From assembly GCF_009914755.1 (NCBI RefSeq), contig NC_060933.1: a stretch of 64,000 nt of DNA; one strand, given 5' to 3'. Origin of the DNA: the human T2T-CHM13v2.0 reference genome, Homo sapiens. The position numbers and the translations under genes were made by a program. The notes below the pieces were generated by a model. It ran no database searches and was not told the origin of the DNA. It saw only the letters and a program-made list of their open reading frames with translations. Shown here in pieces: positions 1-12,896 of the stretch (position 1 is the stretch's first letter; the number at the start of each line of letters is the position of its first letter).

Positions 1-118
1 TACCACATTAACAGGGTTATATATTAGTAGGATTGAATTTGTGAGGTAAATCCTGAAGATCAAATAATCTCAACTTTGAATGGAACTTTAGACATCACCT
101 AGGTCAACTGCTCAGACA

Positions 119-441
119 TTGCTTCTCAAAGTGTGGTCCCTGGACCAGCAGCATCTGCATTCCCTAAGAACTTGTTAGAAATCAGATTCTCAAGCCTCAC
201 CCCAAATCTACTTAGTCGGAATCTGTGGAATGGGGCTAACGAAACTGAGTCAGATTGCTAATACAGTTCTCAAACAGAGCATAGATAGGAGGAGGGCTTC
301 TTAAAACACAGTTGCCTGAGCCCCACCCCCAGAGATTCTGATTCACAAGGTCATCAGTGGGTTCTATGAATCTGTGTTTTTAACACGCTCATAAATAATG
401 CCATACTGCTGGCCCAGGGACATACAGTACTTCAAAAACCA
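119..441. mobile_element. Two MER5A-like hAT-Charlie MITE copies in opposite orientation (119-236 and 264-441)
   Basis: ttctcaaagtgtggtccctggaccagcagcatc and ccccacccccagagattctgattca...ctgctggcccaggga...aaaacca motifs. Confidence 0.7.
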
Positions 442-786
442 ACCCTCTGAGTAATACCAGAATCTTTCCTGCAACAACCTTTGTAGTTGATCATTTGGCT
501 TCTGTTTCTTACATCTAAGGTCCAGGAGCCCACCACTTCATAAAGCAAGCCTTTTTAATATTGAGCAGCTGCATTAGCTTTCCCTGAGAGTGAAGTCAAA
601 GCTTGCCTCATTATTCTTGCCACCCATCACTCATGATGCTCTCATGGCCACTTGCAGTACCAATGTTCGTAGGCTGATTCCAGGTGTAGCCTTAATTGTC
701 AGGTGGCTCTTACCCACTTGTAATCACCATTGAACCCTTCTCCTTCAGCTACTGAAGCAGGAGTAGTAACTCATCAACATCCCTTC

Positions 787-1083
787 TTTTTGTCTTTTTA
801 AAAGACAGATTCTCACTCTGTTGCCCAGGCTGGAGTACAGTGGCATGATCATAGCCCACTGCAGCCTTGAACTCCTGGGCTCGATGATCCTCCTGCCTCA
901 GCCTCCTGAGTAGCTAGGACTACAGGTATGCACAACTACTCCTGGCTAATTTTTAAATTTTTGTGTAGAGATGAGGTCTTCCTGTGTTGCCCAGGCTGGC
1001 CTCGAACTCCTAGGCTCAAGTGATCCTTCCACCTTAGCCTCTCAAGGCACTAGGATTACAGGCATGAGGCACCGTGCCCAGCC
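787..1083 (-). mobile_element. Alu (AluJ-like)
   Basis: Full dimer on the reverse strand, ending ...accgtgcccagcc. Confidence 0.92.
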
Positions 1084-1159
1084 TGCATTAGCATCTTTCC
1101 TGATTGGCTGATATCAGTGCCTTACCAGTAGTTAAATTTTTTCTTAATATTGTCAAAAT

Positions 1160-1935
1160 CTATGAATGACAAGCAAAGGAGAGTTATTGGTTCCTGCAAT
1201 TGCAAAATGCTGGGGTAGACCAAGTGTTGGGAAAAGATGGCTCCAGGTGCTTGAATAATGACATTAGTAGTCTTCATCTTCTGGGTTGACTTTATGCTCA
1301 AGGCCTTTCCTCATCGAGGCAAAGAAAGTTAACTACTCCAGACTTAATTTCAATGTAGGATCCCAGCAGAAATATAGGACTGCTTTCTCAATAATTCTAG
1401 CATATGACTTGGCATGGTGGCTTGTGCCTGTAATCCCAAAATTTTTGAGTCCAGGAGGTCGAGGTTTCAGTGAGTCATGATTATACCACTGCACTCCGGC
1501 CTGGGTGACAGAGCAAGACCTTGTCTCAAAAGAAAATAAAAAATAAAAATTAGTTGGGCATGGTATTGCATGCCTGTAGTCCCAGCTACTCAGGGGGCTG
1601 AGATGAGAGGATCACTAGAGTAGGAGCTTGAGGCTACAGTGAGCCAGGATCATGCCACTGCACTCCAGCCTGGGTGACAAAGTGAAACCCTGTCTCTTAA
1701 AATAACAATAATATTTCTAGCATATGTCCCTGAGTTGACATTCATTGGCTCTCTTGGGTTCCATGGTCATCCTTGAACCAATTGCTTTGGCTAGAAGGGG
1801 GTGAAACATGCTGATTGGCTGGGCCTGGTCACGTGCTGAAATCTTCCATTCACAGAGACCAAGAAGTAGTGATTTCTCAAAGGAAAACCACAGTGCTATT
1901 ACCAGAAGAAGGGAATTGATATTGGGTTGGTAGAA
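1160..1935 (-). mobile_element. MaLR LTR (MLT1K-like) interrupted by an Alu
   Basis: atgctgattggctgggcctggtcacgtg and gtgctattaccagaagaaggg motifs. Confidence 0.55.
1407..1712 (+). mobile_element. Atypical Alu with two right-arm-type monomers
   Basis: Both monomers carry cagtgag...ccactgcactcc. Flanked by the direct repeat ttctagcatatg. Confidence 0.85.
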
Positions 1936-3104
1936 AAAAAAGTCATTATATCTGGGATGCTTTTCCAAAGTATGAATACCCAGATGCCACCCAGGGTCAC
2001 AGAATTGGGGTTTCTGTATTTTTTTTTAGTTTTTGTTGTAAAAGCCTGCCTTAGTTAAGTGGTTAAATTATGCTTGCTAAGTTTAGCCATTGTGGGTGCA
2101 GAGCCCTACCATAGACAGAAGATTTTGAATTACAAATGGAAAACATATTTTCTACTTTCCCAAATATTGCTCTGTGCATGGTGGTTTCCTTATTAGTAAT
2201 GCATAGAACCCACGCCTTGTGAGAACAAATTCGATGCCAAGACAAATGCTTTCTTGTTCCTGAATGTTGCTTTCCAGGCCAAGATAAGTTCAGAAAAGAG
2301 CAGTTATCCATTATGCGTCGGGGTGCCTCCTTTTCTTCTTCCTTATGTTTCTTGGGACTCTTAGAGTTTGTTTTTCTTGTAGTTTTCCAGACTTTCTTTT
2401 TTTCAGGTAGTTTTGTGAACAAATATTTTAATGTGAGCTTTTTTCACAGTCTTCATTCCTCTGTGTTCCGTTATTACTTTTTTTGTTTGTATCAGGCCCT
2501 TAAGTATTTAATCACAAATAAATCTGCTGCTGTCAGTTTTCTTTTGGAAAAACAGCAGCCTTCTTGGGAAAGACTATTAAAAGCTGTCTAGTATTGGGCT
2601 GACATAATGGGCTCTTAGAGCCAGCAGAAGAAAATTAATTTTCATATTATGTCTGTTCTCCTAAGAGCAGAGAAAAAACAACTTTTATTATTCACTAAGA
2701 TTTTAAATTAATGCAAACCAGCTTCCTTTCTTGGAGGAAGACAATACTCAAATTAGTTTTGCTTTAGAAGGTTAATATGAGAGATTATGCTTGGTTGTCT
2801 GGTTTCCAGAGTTAAAGATCTTAAGAGAGATGAAGTCTGACAAACAGTGCTGTAGGAAAATTATAAAAGATTTGTCCTTTACAGTGAGACTCACGGCTGG
2901 TTTTCCTGGGAGGAGAAGTTCTACAGCAGCATGCAGAGATATACAGAGGCAGAGAGTGTAGAGATGTGGGAAAATAGAAACCCCACATCTAGTTGTCTCT
3001 AGAGCTAGGATCTTAGAGGACAGTAAGCAAGTATGAGTTAGCAATGAGGTGTGACTGCCCAAAGAGATTTACGAAGAAGGCTATTCACTGTAGGATTGCT
3101 TGTT

Positions 3105-3450
3105 GCCCTAGTCCATTTGGGCTGCTAAAACAAAATCCTTTCGACTGAGTAATTTATAAACAGAAATTTATTGTTCACACTTCTGGAGGCTGTAAAGTCC
3201 AAGATCCAGGTACCAGCAGATTTGGTGTCTGATGAGGGCCTGCTACAGCACCTTTTGTGTCCTCATGTGGTAGAAAAGGTGAATAAGCTCTCTTGGGATT
3301 CTGTTATACAGACACAAAAGGACATATTCATGAGAGCTGAGCCCTCGTGTCCTAATCGCCTCCCAAAGGCCCCATCTCTTAATACTACCACGTTGGGGAT
3401 TAAGTTTCAACATATGAATTTTGGAGAGACACAGACATTAGATCATAGCA
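3105..3450 (-). mobile_element. MaLR solo LTR (MLT1A-like)
   Basis: tagtccatttgggctgcta...ttctggaggctg...aagtccaagatc...ggattaagtttcaacatatgaattttgg...catagca. Confidence 0.8.
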
Positions 3451-3604
3451 CTTATAAAAGTTTTTTTTTTAAGTCCATCAGAAGTATGTCAATATGAATA
3501 ATCTCTTAGAATTTATATTTCTGCTTGGAAAGATACCTAGCATATACATATGTGTTAAGTGAAGAGAAATAAGCAGCTTCTGGCGATAGCCAGGGTACAG
3601 AATT

Positions 3605-3782
3605 GCATATGTAATTTAAAAATTCTAGTGGCCAAATTATTGAGAAAGTTTCCTTTTTTCCCATACTGTCTTCAAAATCTAGTATGCATTTTACACTTAT
3701 AGCACATCTCACTTCAGGCTAGCCACATTTTAAGTGCTGAGTAGCCACCTGTGGTTGGTGGCTGCCTTAGGACAGAGCAGAT
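3605..3782. mobile_element. MER33-like hAT-Charlie fragment
   Basis: ttttacacttatagcacatctca...tagccacattttaagtgctgagtagccac...ggacagagcag. Confidence 0.7.
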
Positions 3783-4927
3783 ATGGATCCTCAGGTAGGA
3801 AACGTTTGAAAGAATGCACCAAGGTTTTTGTTTTGTTTAGCTTTGTTATTTAATGTAACTGTGAATCACAGTGAAATAGGGAAACATAAAAATTTTGTGG
3901 AATAAAGGGATATCAGGAGATGTTAGGAAAGAGAATCACTACAGAAACTTTATTAGTCGGAAAGGTAACCTGTGATTTGGTAGACTTTGATTAATTGTTC
4001 ATATAAATCCCAAGTGAAATGTAGACTTGAGACTTGAATGTGAAATCATTGTGTCATGGATACATAATGTGATTGACATTTTTTATTTGGGGGAAATAAG
4101 ATTCATATAGTTTTTTTGTTTTTTTGTTTTTTTAAAAAAACAAAGAGGGAATGATTTTCTGTGTCATATGTTGATAGGTCAGACAAAATGAAGAACTAAG
4201 AGTTGACCACTGGGTTTAGCATTATTGGTCCATTGGTGGCCTTTGACAAAACTGTTTCTTTGGAACAGTGAGGGTGAAAATCTCACTGGACTGGCTTCAA
4301 GAGATAATGAGAGGAGATGATTGGAAACAACGACTACAGTCAACTCTTTGCACAGGTGGAGGGAATGTGAGTTGAAAATTTGTTTTTGTTTGTATGTTTT
4401 TGTTTGGGTTTTTTAGCTCTTGTTTTATAAAGATGTTTATATCTGATGGAAGTGATCCAAAAAGGGAAAAAATCAATATGGGAGAGTAGTGTTTTACATG
4501 AAAAAGAAAATTCATGGAGGATATGACAGCTGCCTTACCACAGTTGACAGGGTTTCATTTACAAAGAAATTAGGCTCACTCGGCATATGGCCCTTGGCTA
4601 GACCTGAAATCACAGTGGGTATGAGGTATATTAAAACTGGTTGGACTCAGTACCTGAAAGTACATTCCTACAGTTAGTTCTGCCCCAAGCTAGGATGGCT
4701 TACTGTAAGGAGCAGTAAAAAATGTTATTATCGGAAATGTCAAAGCATCTATAAGTTAGACTAGTATTTCTCAACTATTTTATGTTTTCTGCACACTTTT
4801 GAATATAATTTTTGGGAACAAACTTGAAAAGACTCAAAACAATGCTGAGCAGGTCAGCACCAGTGATAGCACAATCACACTCCAGTGTAACAGTGACCTC
4901 AGAAGTATTCTCAATTAGTGTGCTGTT

Positions 4928-5197
4928 AGAAATAGGGTCTCTAGACCTATTGTCTCTAGACCAGACAGTCCGGAGCACAGTGGCGTGATCATAGCTCACT
5001 GTAACTTCGAACCTCTGGGCTCAAGTGATGCTCTCACCTGATCCTCCCACCTCAGCCTCCTGAGTAACTAGGACTAAACTTTTTGTAGACAAGGTCTCAC
5101 TATGTTGCCCTTGCTGGTCTTGAACTCCTGGCCTCAGTTCCCCCTGCTTCGGCCTCTCAAAGTGCTGGGATTACAGGTGTGAGCCTCCACACGACCC
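4928..5197 (-). mobile_element. Degenerate Alu (AluJ-like) without an obvious A-tail
   Basis: Alu motifs on the reverse strand, flanking direct repeat tagtgtgct, internal duplication of gtctctagacc. Confidence 0.8.
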
Positions 5198-5461
5198 TAG
5201 TGTGCTATTCTTTTGGTTGCTCCTCAACATTTCTTTGCTGCTTGAGCAGAAATTCCTAGTGCTTTGAGCAGGCTCTCTTTTATTCTAAAAGACAACATTC
5301 CTATGTATTCCAGTAAAAATATGCAGTCTCTTTTTGTTGCCCACTGGAGGTTATCCATTACTCCTGCCAGAAGAAGAAATTTGTGCCCTACTCTGCGCTC
5401 TGCACAGGGTCATTTAAACTGTTAAGCTCACAATCCAATCTGACAGACACTAAAAAAGGCA

Positions 5462-6034
5462 TATCAGTTAGTAATCTGTTGCAGACAACAGAATCCACTC
5501 TACCCAATATAAGCAGTAAGGGATGTTGTACTGATCCAGGGAATTAAGTGTGTACAAGTTTGTTGGAAGGGCTGGAGAGCCGACTGCTGTCTGAGCTCCC
5601 AGGACCACTCTGTTCTGCTGTCTTCAGGAAAGGAAAGCTGCCGCATCATGTCAAGAAGCTGATCAATCAAGAAGCAAGGAGATCCTGGCACCTTGACTAA
5701 CTACAGACCCATGCTGCCGACTCTGCCTGGATCCCCAGAGCCACCACTGCTACTTCAGAAAGCTGGAGAATCAAGAAGCTGCTGACTCTAGAACCATGAT
5801 ACTCTTGTCACTGTCTGTAAAACCAGAACAATGCTTATATCCTCTCTTTTGCACCACTGACTCAGTTCCAAGTCAGAGTCTCTCATGAGTGCATCTGACT
5901 TGTGGAATCTAAATCACGTCCAGAACTCTACTACAAAGGAGTTGAGAACATTTAAGTTTTAGCTTTCCAACTTTTGCACAGTGGAAGGGGACTGAAGTGG
6001 GTATTGAGCAAGTCATTCCACAGTATCTGCCACA
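5462..6034 (-). mobile_element. Ancient LTR (LTR78-like, family uncertain)
   Basis: gagtgcatctgacttgtggaatctaaatcac...tttagctttcca...cacagtatctgccaca terminal motifs. Confidence 0.4.
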
Positions 6035-6569
6035 GACAGTATTTTTCTCCAATCATAACAAAAATAAATGAGACATATTGATGGAAAGTTGGTCACATAG
6101 TAGCCAAAGGTTCCCTGTACATGGGTGTGCTGTTGCATAGCTGGCATGCCCATGTGGGAACCACCTTATTGGGTGAAGAGGTAAAAATGGGCAATCCAGC
6201 CTCAGTTGGGTGCTTGAGGTAGACTTTCCAACCATAAGTGTCAGCGATTGCATAGTTTCAGCACAAATGGAAGTAAGGACATAAATATCTGTCTTGCATT
6301 TTATGACCAGAGAAAAAAGTGTCTCTAGAAGCACTGCCAGCCACTAAGTATTCCCCAGTGTCAGTTCCATAGATCAAGCCCGGGTTGATGTTTTGCAGAT
6401 GGATTGTCTTTGCTCCTGTGCACTTGTCACAGTCCTCACAAAGCAGCTGCCTATCAGAGACTGGTAAAGCAGTGGAGCAGGTTTCCCATCCGCCTGACTA
6501 AAGCCAGCAGTGACCTCATTCAAGAAAGGCCAGATCAACCTGACATGTTCTCCCTATGCCAGACGAATA

Positions 6570-6726
6570 CCTGCCTTAGCCTCCTGAGTAGCTGGGATTA
6601 CAGGAGCATGCCACCATGCCTGGCTAATTTTTTTGTTATCTTTAGTAGAGACGGGGTTTCACCATGTTGGCCAGGCTGATCTCGAACTCCTGACCTCGTG
6701 ATCCGCCCACCTTGGCCTTCCGAAGT
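6570..6726 (-). mobile_element. Alu fragment truncated at both ends
   Basis: cctgccttagcctcctgagtagctggg...tgatccgcccaccttggcc. Confidence 0.9.
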
Positions 6727-8711
6727 ATGGTCTCTTTGAGACCTCTTAATTAGGCCTCATCAGGCCTGGCTGTGGCTGCCACAGCTAGGGGAGCCCAGTC
6801 GAGCTCCCAGACAAGTTCTCTGGACTGCTGTTACTTCCTTGTGGCCTTGAGGAGAGGCCTAACTGTGAAGTAGGCTACGTTTCTCTCTACCTCCATCTCT
6901 TTGGACTCATAATACTAAGACTCAAGGCACACCTAGGGCTTGGGAGTCACAACACAGGAGGGGAAAACTGTAAACTGTGTGCTTCTCAGGGCTGTCCTCT
7001 GTCAAATAGGAAACCACATACATACAAAAACACTTTCCATAGGAGAACTGCTCAGGGATACCCCCATGTCCTCTCCTACAGGTCCACTGCCCCCAGAAAG
7101 CACTTCCACACTGAATCATCCTTTCTCCTACCTTATTCTGGGATATTTATCCTAGAGCCTTCTGAAATCTGCCTATTGCAGTATTGGACGTTTTGAGAGA
7201 AGCTTTGTTCTCTTGGTGTCTTATTTTTCATCTGCTCCCTGTGGAAACCTGATCTGTACTCCTCATCTGTCCGGTGCTGCGTTTCTCATAGGTCCTGTGC
7301 TCGGTAGTCTTGCATGTTCATCTTTGACTAGAAGCAGCTCTCCTGGGTCGTGTACCCACTAATAATGTGGGTGGAACCACCTAGACTCCCTCCCGCTCTA
7401 TCTGAGCAATGGTTGGATCTTCTCTTTTAGAACCTGAGCTTGAGGTCTGGCCTCAGGAAGTGGGGAGGGTACAGAAGCAGTAGGAATGTGCCATCTCTTC
7501 TTACCAGTCCCACATTTTCCCATCAGTCCACCCAATTACCTGTTCCTGTGCTGTATCTGACCCCCCTGGCAGGGCTTCCCTTGAATTTCCAGCCTTCACC
7601 CCCACTTCAAGGCAAGACCCTCTGTGGGTCAGTGTGATTTCCCCTGACTTGTAGTCTTTCTTTGGGCAGGTTCACATGTACTTTTGGTTAATATCTTTCA
7701 AGAGATCTAAGTGGCTCCTAAGACATACTTATCCCTCTCTTCTTCAGCCTGTCCTCAGAAGGTCACCCTTTCTCATTAGAAAGCTGGGACAGTGAAAAAA
7801 ACAAAGAGGGAACCCTCTGCCAAGTCCCACCCTTGCTGCCAGTCCTCACCCCTCCAAATCAAGCCTGGCCAGGCCTTCAGGACACGCCAGGTCATTTCCC
7901 TCACATTACGGGAGATGTACAGACTCTCAATGATCTCTTTCAGTTTGTCTACACTTAATCATATGTAGCAGATCTCAGAGTTCTAGCATGGAATTTGGCC
8001 ACTCTCTTGTTTCAATAAGTTGTCTTTATATATTGAGCTATTTTTTGCTTTTTTCCTAGAGTGCCAAGGAGTTATTATGCAAATGAGTACTTACTCCACT
8101 TCTTTCCAAGAAGTTCTTCAACTGCTATATATTTTAAATAGTGAGAAGATAAAGGTAAAATATGTCAGAAGGTTAAGAGGAACATATTTTTTAAAATTAG
8201 AAAGTTAGGACTAGAAAAGATAAAAGAAATGAGTAAATAGATTAAAATTAACAGTGAGGAGACAAAATCTGAACAGTTTTAGAAGTCAGAGAATTTGATG
8301 AAAGTGCAAAAAAAGAACTCTAAGAGTAACGATGCCAAAAAGATAAAATTAAATGAGAGAAAAGGTTTAAAAAGGCTAGCCTTTCAAATTTTTAATAAAA
8401 TCTTAAAGTTTAAAAGGCTAGAAAAGAACATGGTAAGATAATTAAATCATCTTAGTATTTAAAGATTAAAAAGCTAAAAAGAATGTAAACAATGTATTCT
8501 GTAATATTCCAAATTAAGGATGCATGTATATTTACTGATGTAGAAAGATGTGTAAGACCTCTAGTTTAGAAAGAAAAGCAAGTCACAGAACATTGTATAG
8601 TCCAAGCGTATATATTGCATAAAGGTTTGCAGATAGAGAAAAGAATGGTAGGAAGCCAAACTACTGAAGTGGTAGGGAGCTACTGAAGAGGAAAGGGAGT
8701 GGGGTGGGGGG

Positions 8712-9770
8712 TGTCATGGACATCGTCAGCCAGTCCCCTTAGGTGCCCTCAGGTCCCTTTACCGTTTCTGTGCTCTTTTTCCCATCCTGAGTGCCATGCA
8801 CCGCCAGCCCTCACAATGGTAACTCGCAGGTGAACTGCCTTTGCACCCTTGCACCCCACATGTGTAGACAGCTTGAAGGATTCACTTGGGCCTTTACATC
8901 ACCCCATCCTCACTCCCACCCTGTGGCCCTCAGCCAGTAACTGAGGCTGCAGGAAATGGAAGCCTCGCCCCTTGTCTCAGGTGGGGACAACTCTGAGATG
9001 TCAGTTGCCTTGAGCAGCAGTGTCCAAAATATAAAGCAACCTACATATGTGACTTTACATTTTCTAGTAGCCACATTAAAATTCATTTTAATAAGGGGCT
9101 AGGCATGGCATTCATGCTTGTAATCCCAACACTTTGGGAAGTCGAGGTGGGAGGATCACTTGAGCTGAGGAGTTTCAGACCACTGTGGGCAACATAGGGA
9201 GACCCATGTCTATACAAATAATGTTTTAAAAAATTAGCCAGATGTGATGGTGCACACCTGTGGTCCCAGCTACTCAGGAGGTTGAGGCAGGAGTATCTCC
9301 TGAGTCTGGGAAGTCAAAGCTATAGTGAGTTATGATTGTGCCACTGCACTCCATCCTGGGTGGCAGAGTGAGACCCTGTCTCAAAAAAATTTTTTTTAAT
9401 TAAAATCATTCTAACAGTGTATTTATATCATTCAACATGTAATCAGTGTGAAAAACTATTAATGAGATGTTTTGAATTCATTTTTATTTGTACTAAGTCT
9501 TCAAAACCCAGTGTGTAACACACTTCACTTGGGATGTCCCTATTTCAGTTGCTCAGTAGTGGCTAGTGGCTACCCAGTCGGACAGCTCAGCGTCAGTCAC
9601 ATGGAAGCTGTTCCTCCGCAGGGCTCTGCCTGAAACTGAAGTCTCACTGGGTTTCTTCTCGTTCCCTGTCCTGCTTCCTCCACTCCCTCATCGGTATCTT
9701 GAGAGCACTGCTTAATAAATCTTTTGCATACAAGTATTATCTTTGTAATTAAAATAAATCTGGGAGGTTC
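8712..9770 (+). mobile_element. LTR16-like ERVL LTR split by MER33 (about 9014-9591), which is itself split by an Alu
   Basis: LTR motifs ctcaggtggggacaactctgag and cctgtcctgcttcctccactccctc...cttaataaatc flank MER33 termini cagcagtgtccaa...ggacagctcag. Confidence 0.6.
9097..9390 (+). mobile_element. Alu (AluJ-like)
   Basis: Full dimer with a short A-tail. Confidence 0.92.
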
Positions 9771-10221
9771 AAAAGAAAAAAAAAAGAAAATGTCTCTCAT
9801 CCTGAAGCCCTGATTTGTTATTTATTTGTTGGTGTATCACTAAGGTAGCCGTAAACTCTAGTGACACTGGGTTTTAGAAGACTCAGGGCTCCTTTGGGTA
9901 AAGAACAACTGATAACAGAACCCTGGTTTCTTGCGCTTTGTCATGAGTGGGTGACTTGAGCCTTTGATGTCTATCTAGTTGCTGCCAAGATAAGTGGCCT
10001 GAAGCCAGCCTAGGGTGAGATTACCTAGAAGTCTGGGTCAGGTATGCAGCATGTGGCCTGCTGGGCCCAGGAAAGGCAATGGGGGAAGCCAGGTCATCAT
10101 TTATAAGAGGAATACCAGAGGGACCTGACAAGAGAGAAGACAAAGGGGACAGGTAGGAGGTTATGTGAGTCTTGAATCCTTCCTGCATTAGGCACAGGTC
10201 ATTAGAGTGACTTTTTTGAGG

Positions 10222-10453
<232 letters not shown>

Positions 10454-11581
10454 TAATATGCCTGCAGCCTTGGGTCTAACTGGCACCACTATAGAACCTT
10501 CAGAGTGGCCAGTGCCTATCTGATTCCAAAGCCCCAACTTGTGTGGAGTCGCTTTTCTTGGTCTCCAGCCTCACAGCACTCCCTTCTCATGCATAAAATC
10601 TTTCTGAGCCATTAGGCCTTTTGTCTTTTCTCAGTCTTTCTTTCTTTCTTTTTTAAATTCACTCGCGACTCCAGCCAGAGATGTCACGTTTCTTAAGAAG
10701 ACATTATAAAGAGTCCCCTTTGACCAAAGTGTTACATAAAATTGCTTTTTATTTTTCCATTTCCAAGTAATTGGATTTTGCTGGCTTGTTTGTCTGTCAG
10801 TTGAGGTAGAGGTGAGTGAAGAGCCCTGCTAATTGGCTCAGAAAATAATTCCAGTCAGAAGGAGTGTGATGCCTGCATTTCCTAACAAAGTAGACCCATC
10901 ATCCCACAACTGCCTTTTCCACCTTCCTTGATGCATCATCGGAGAAAGGAGCAGACACATCTCAGGAATGCATTTCTCAGTTTATTCCCATGAACAAGCC
11001 ATTTATTAATTCAGCAAGCATTTACTGCTTATATATACTATCTGCTATTACTCTTGAACTGTGGGCTTTAGTCCTTGTCTCCAGTGTTGTTGCCAGTCTA
11101 GGCCCTTTTTATGGCTTTTCTTGGATTTTTAAATTAGAAGATAAACCAAGTGCTCCTGGACTACCCCAGTAATGGCCATGAAGTCCTACCACCGGTGATT
11201 CTCCAGAAGCATTCTAGACATAGCTTCCCTTACCAAATTCATACTGCCTTTCTCTAAACAAGTTTGTGATTGTTCAAATGCTCACTGGGCCTCCTTTTAC
11301 TTTATACTCCGCGGACTTAACTGATTGCTGAGGGATGTAACAGGACTTGGATGGTTCCATGGCCCAATGCTTCCTTGATGCAGTAAGGTCATATGCGGTC
11401 TTGGTGGGGCCCCTGGGTCTTGAGGGTGCTTCAGTGTCACCCTCCTCCTTGCTTACCAGCGGGGCTGCCTTTGGGAGGAGGGTAAAGCAGGCCAGGGATT
11501 GGCCTGCCGTTCTTCTCTGTCTCTTAGTGCCTTTCCCAACTCTTCTGTTTCAGGACAGCTGCCCAGCCTCCAGGCCCACTG

Positions 11582-11724
11582 ATGGACCCGTTAACGAAGG
11601 TGCCTTGTGGGAGTCAGATAGCACAAACCATTCTATGGAAAGCAAAGTCGTCTCTCTCCTTCGGCATCCAGCCCCTTCAGACATGGCCAACGAAAGACCC
11701 TGAACTAGAGTCCCAGGTCAACCT
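11582..11724 (+). CDS. GARNL3: Alternative upstream GARNL3 N-terminal coding exon (exon 11554-11724), MDPLTKVPCGSQIAQTILWKAKSSLSFGIQPLQTWPTKDPELESQVN(L)
   Basis: Acceptor tcttctgtttcag| at 11553/11554, ATG at 11582, 143 nt open (phase 2), donor CCT|GTAAGT at 11725. Joining to the internal acceptor at 33430 gives ...QVNL-SVSEDLG in frame. It resembles the mouse Garnl3 N-terminus as I recall it. Confidence 0.8.
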
Positions 11725-11884
11725 GTAAGTAAGTAAAAGAAGCATCATCTCAGTTTGGGTTTATGTTCACTATAGCTTGAAATCCCTTAATGTTTAGGAA
11801 GAATATACTTTTTACTTCTGGGGGGATAGTGGGGAGGGAGAGAGGAGTGGATGTTTGGTTGGGAGACTGCATTTCTGTTCTTAT

Positions 11885-12830
11885 TTGTGTATTTAGTAAT
11901 ATTCATTGAGCACCTACTCGTCCAGGTCCTGTGTCAGACATTATGAGCAAAATAGATTCAGTTCTTGTCATCAGTGGGCTTGCAGCACATAGGACAGATA
12001 GCCATTACTCAAATAATCACACAAATAAATACTAGCAATTTGTAATAAGCTCTATGAAATGTGCTGCCTTGATTCAATAAACATTTACAGAATGCCTTCT
12101 CTGTGCCAGCAACCTACTGGGGATATTAGAGAATAATACATTTTACCTACCTTTTGAATATAAATAGTATATGGAAGCAAAAACATTACAATGTAATACA
12201 AAATAAATTTTAATAATAACTAGAATAGAATTAATACATCAGTAGACTCTAAGGCCTATAGGGTGGTAACTGTGTTTTTATATTTACTCCTGAATCCCCA
12301 GGCCTTTGTTATGGTGTATGATAATACTCGGATGAATGAATAAGTAAATGAATAAAGATGATACAAGAGAGGGGTACTTAGTTTTCCAGGGGGAATCAAA
12401 GGCAGCCAGATGCAACAACACGGTTGACTTCAAAACAAATGAGATGCTTCATCAATTCAATGCAACAAATATTTGTATGCTTGTTTACTGTACCCAGTGC
12501 TTTTGTGAAGCGAGTTCCTAGATAAGGACATGGATCAGAATCACCAGTGGGACTTTAAAAATCATTTATGCCTGAGACCTGCCCCTTGAGATTCTGACTC
12601 AGTGGATCTGAGGTGGGTGAAGGAAGACACTTTGTCTGCCCTCAAGGAACTCCCTACTTATCCAGGGAGACAGACAAGTCACCAGGTCACACCAGTGATG
12701 CTGGAGAAGCAGCGTGAATAACGTGCTAAAGGAAGCCATCACCTGCTGGAGGACAGGGAAGAGAAGGGATAACAGTTGAGCTTGGCCTTGTAGGATGAGC
12801 ATTGATCAGGCAAGAGAGAGGGAAGAAGAC
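11885..12830. mobile_element. Cluster of L2 fragments with a MER5 fragment (about 12535-12620)
   Basis: attcattgagcacctact, gaatgaataagtaaatgaat, ctgccctcaaggaactc. Confidence 0.55.
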
Positions 12831-12896
12831 CTCTTTAAAACAAGGATGCCACAAAGCAAAGGCTCACATGCATGAGGCTGTGTTGATAGGCAGTAA

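Noticed and set aside
11347-11703. 118-aa ORF overlapping the alternative exon
   Set aside because: It begins at a TTG in intronic sequence, is in a different frame from the MDPL frame and stops before the donor. No recognisable homology.
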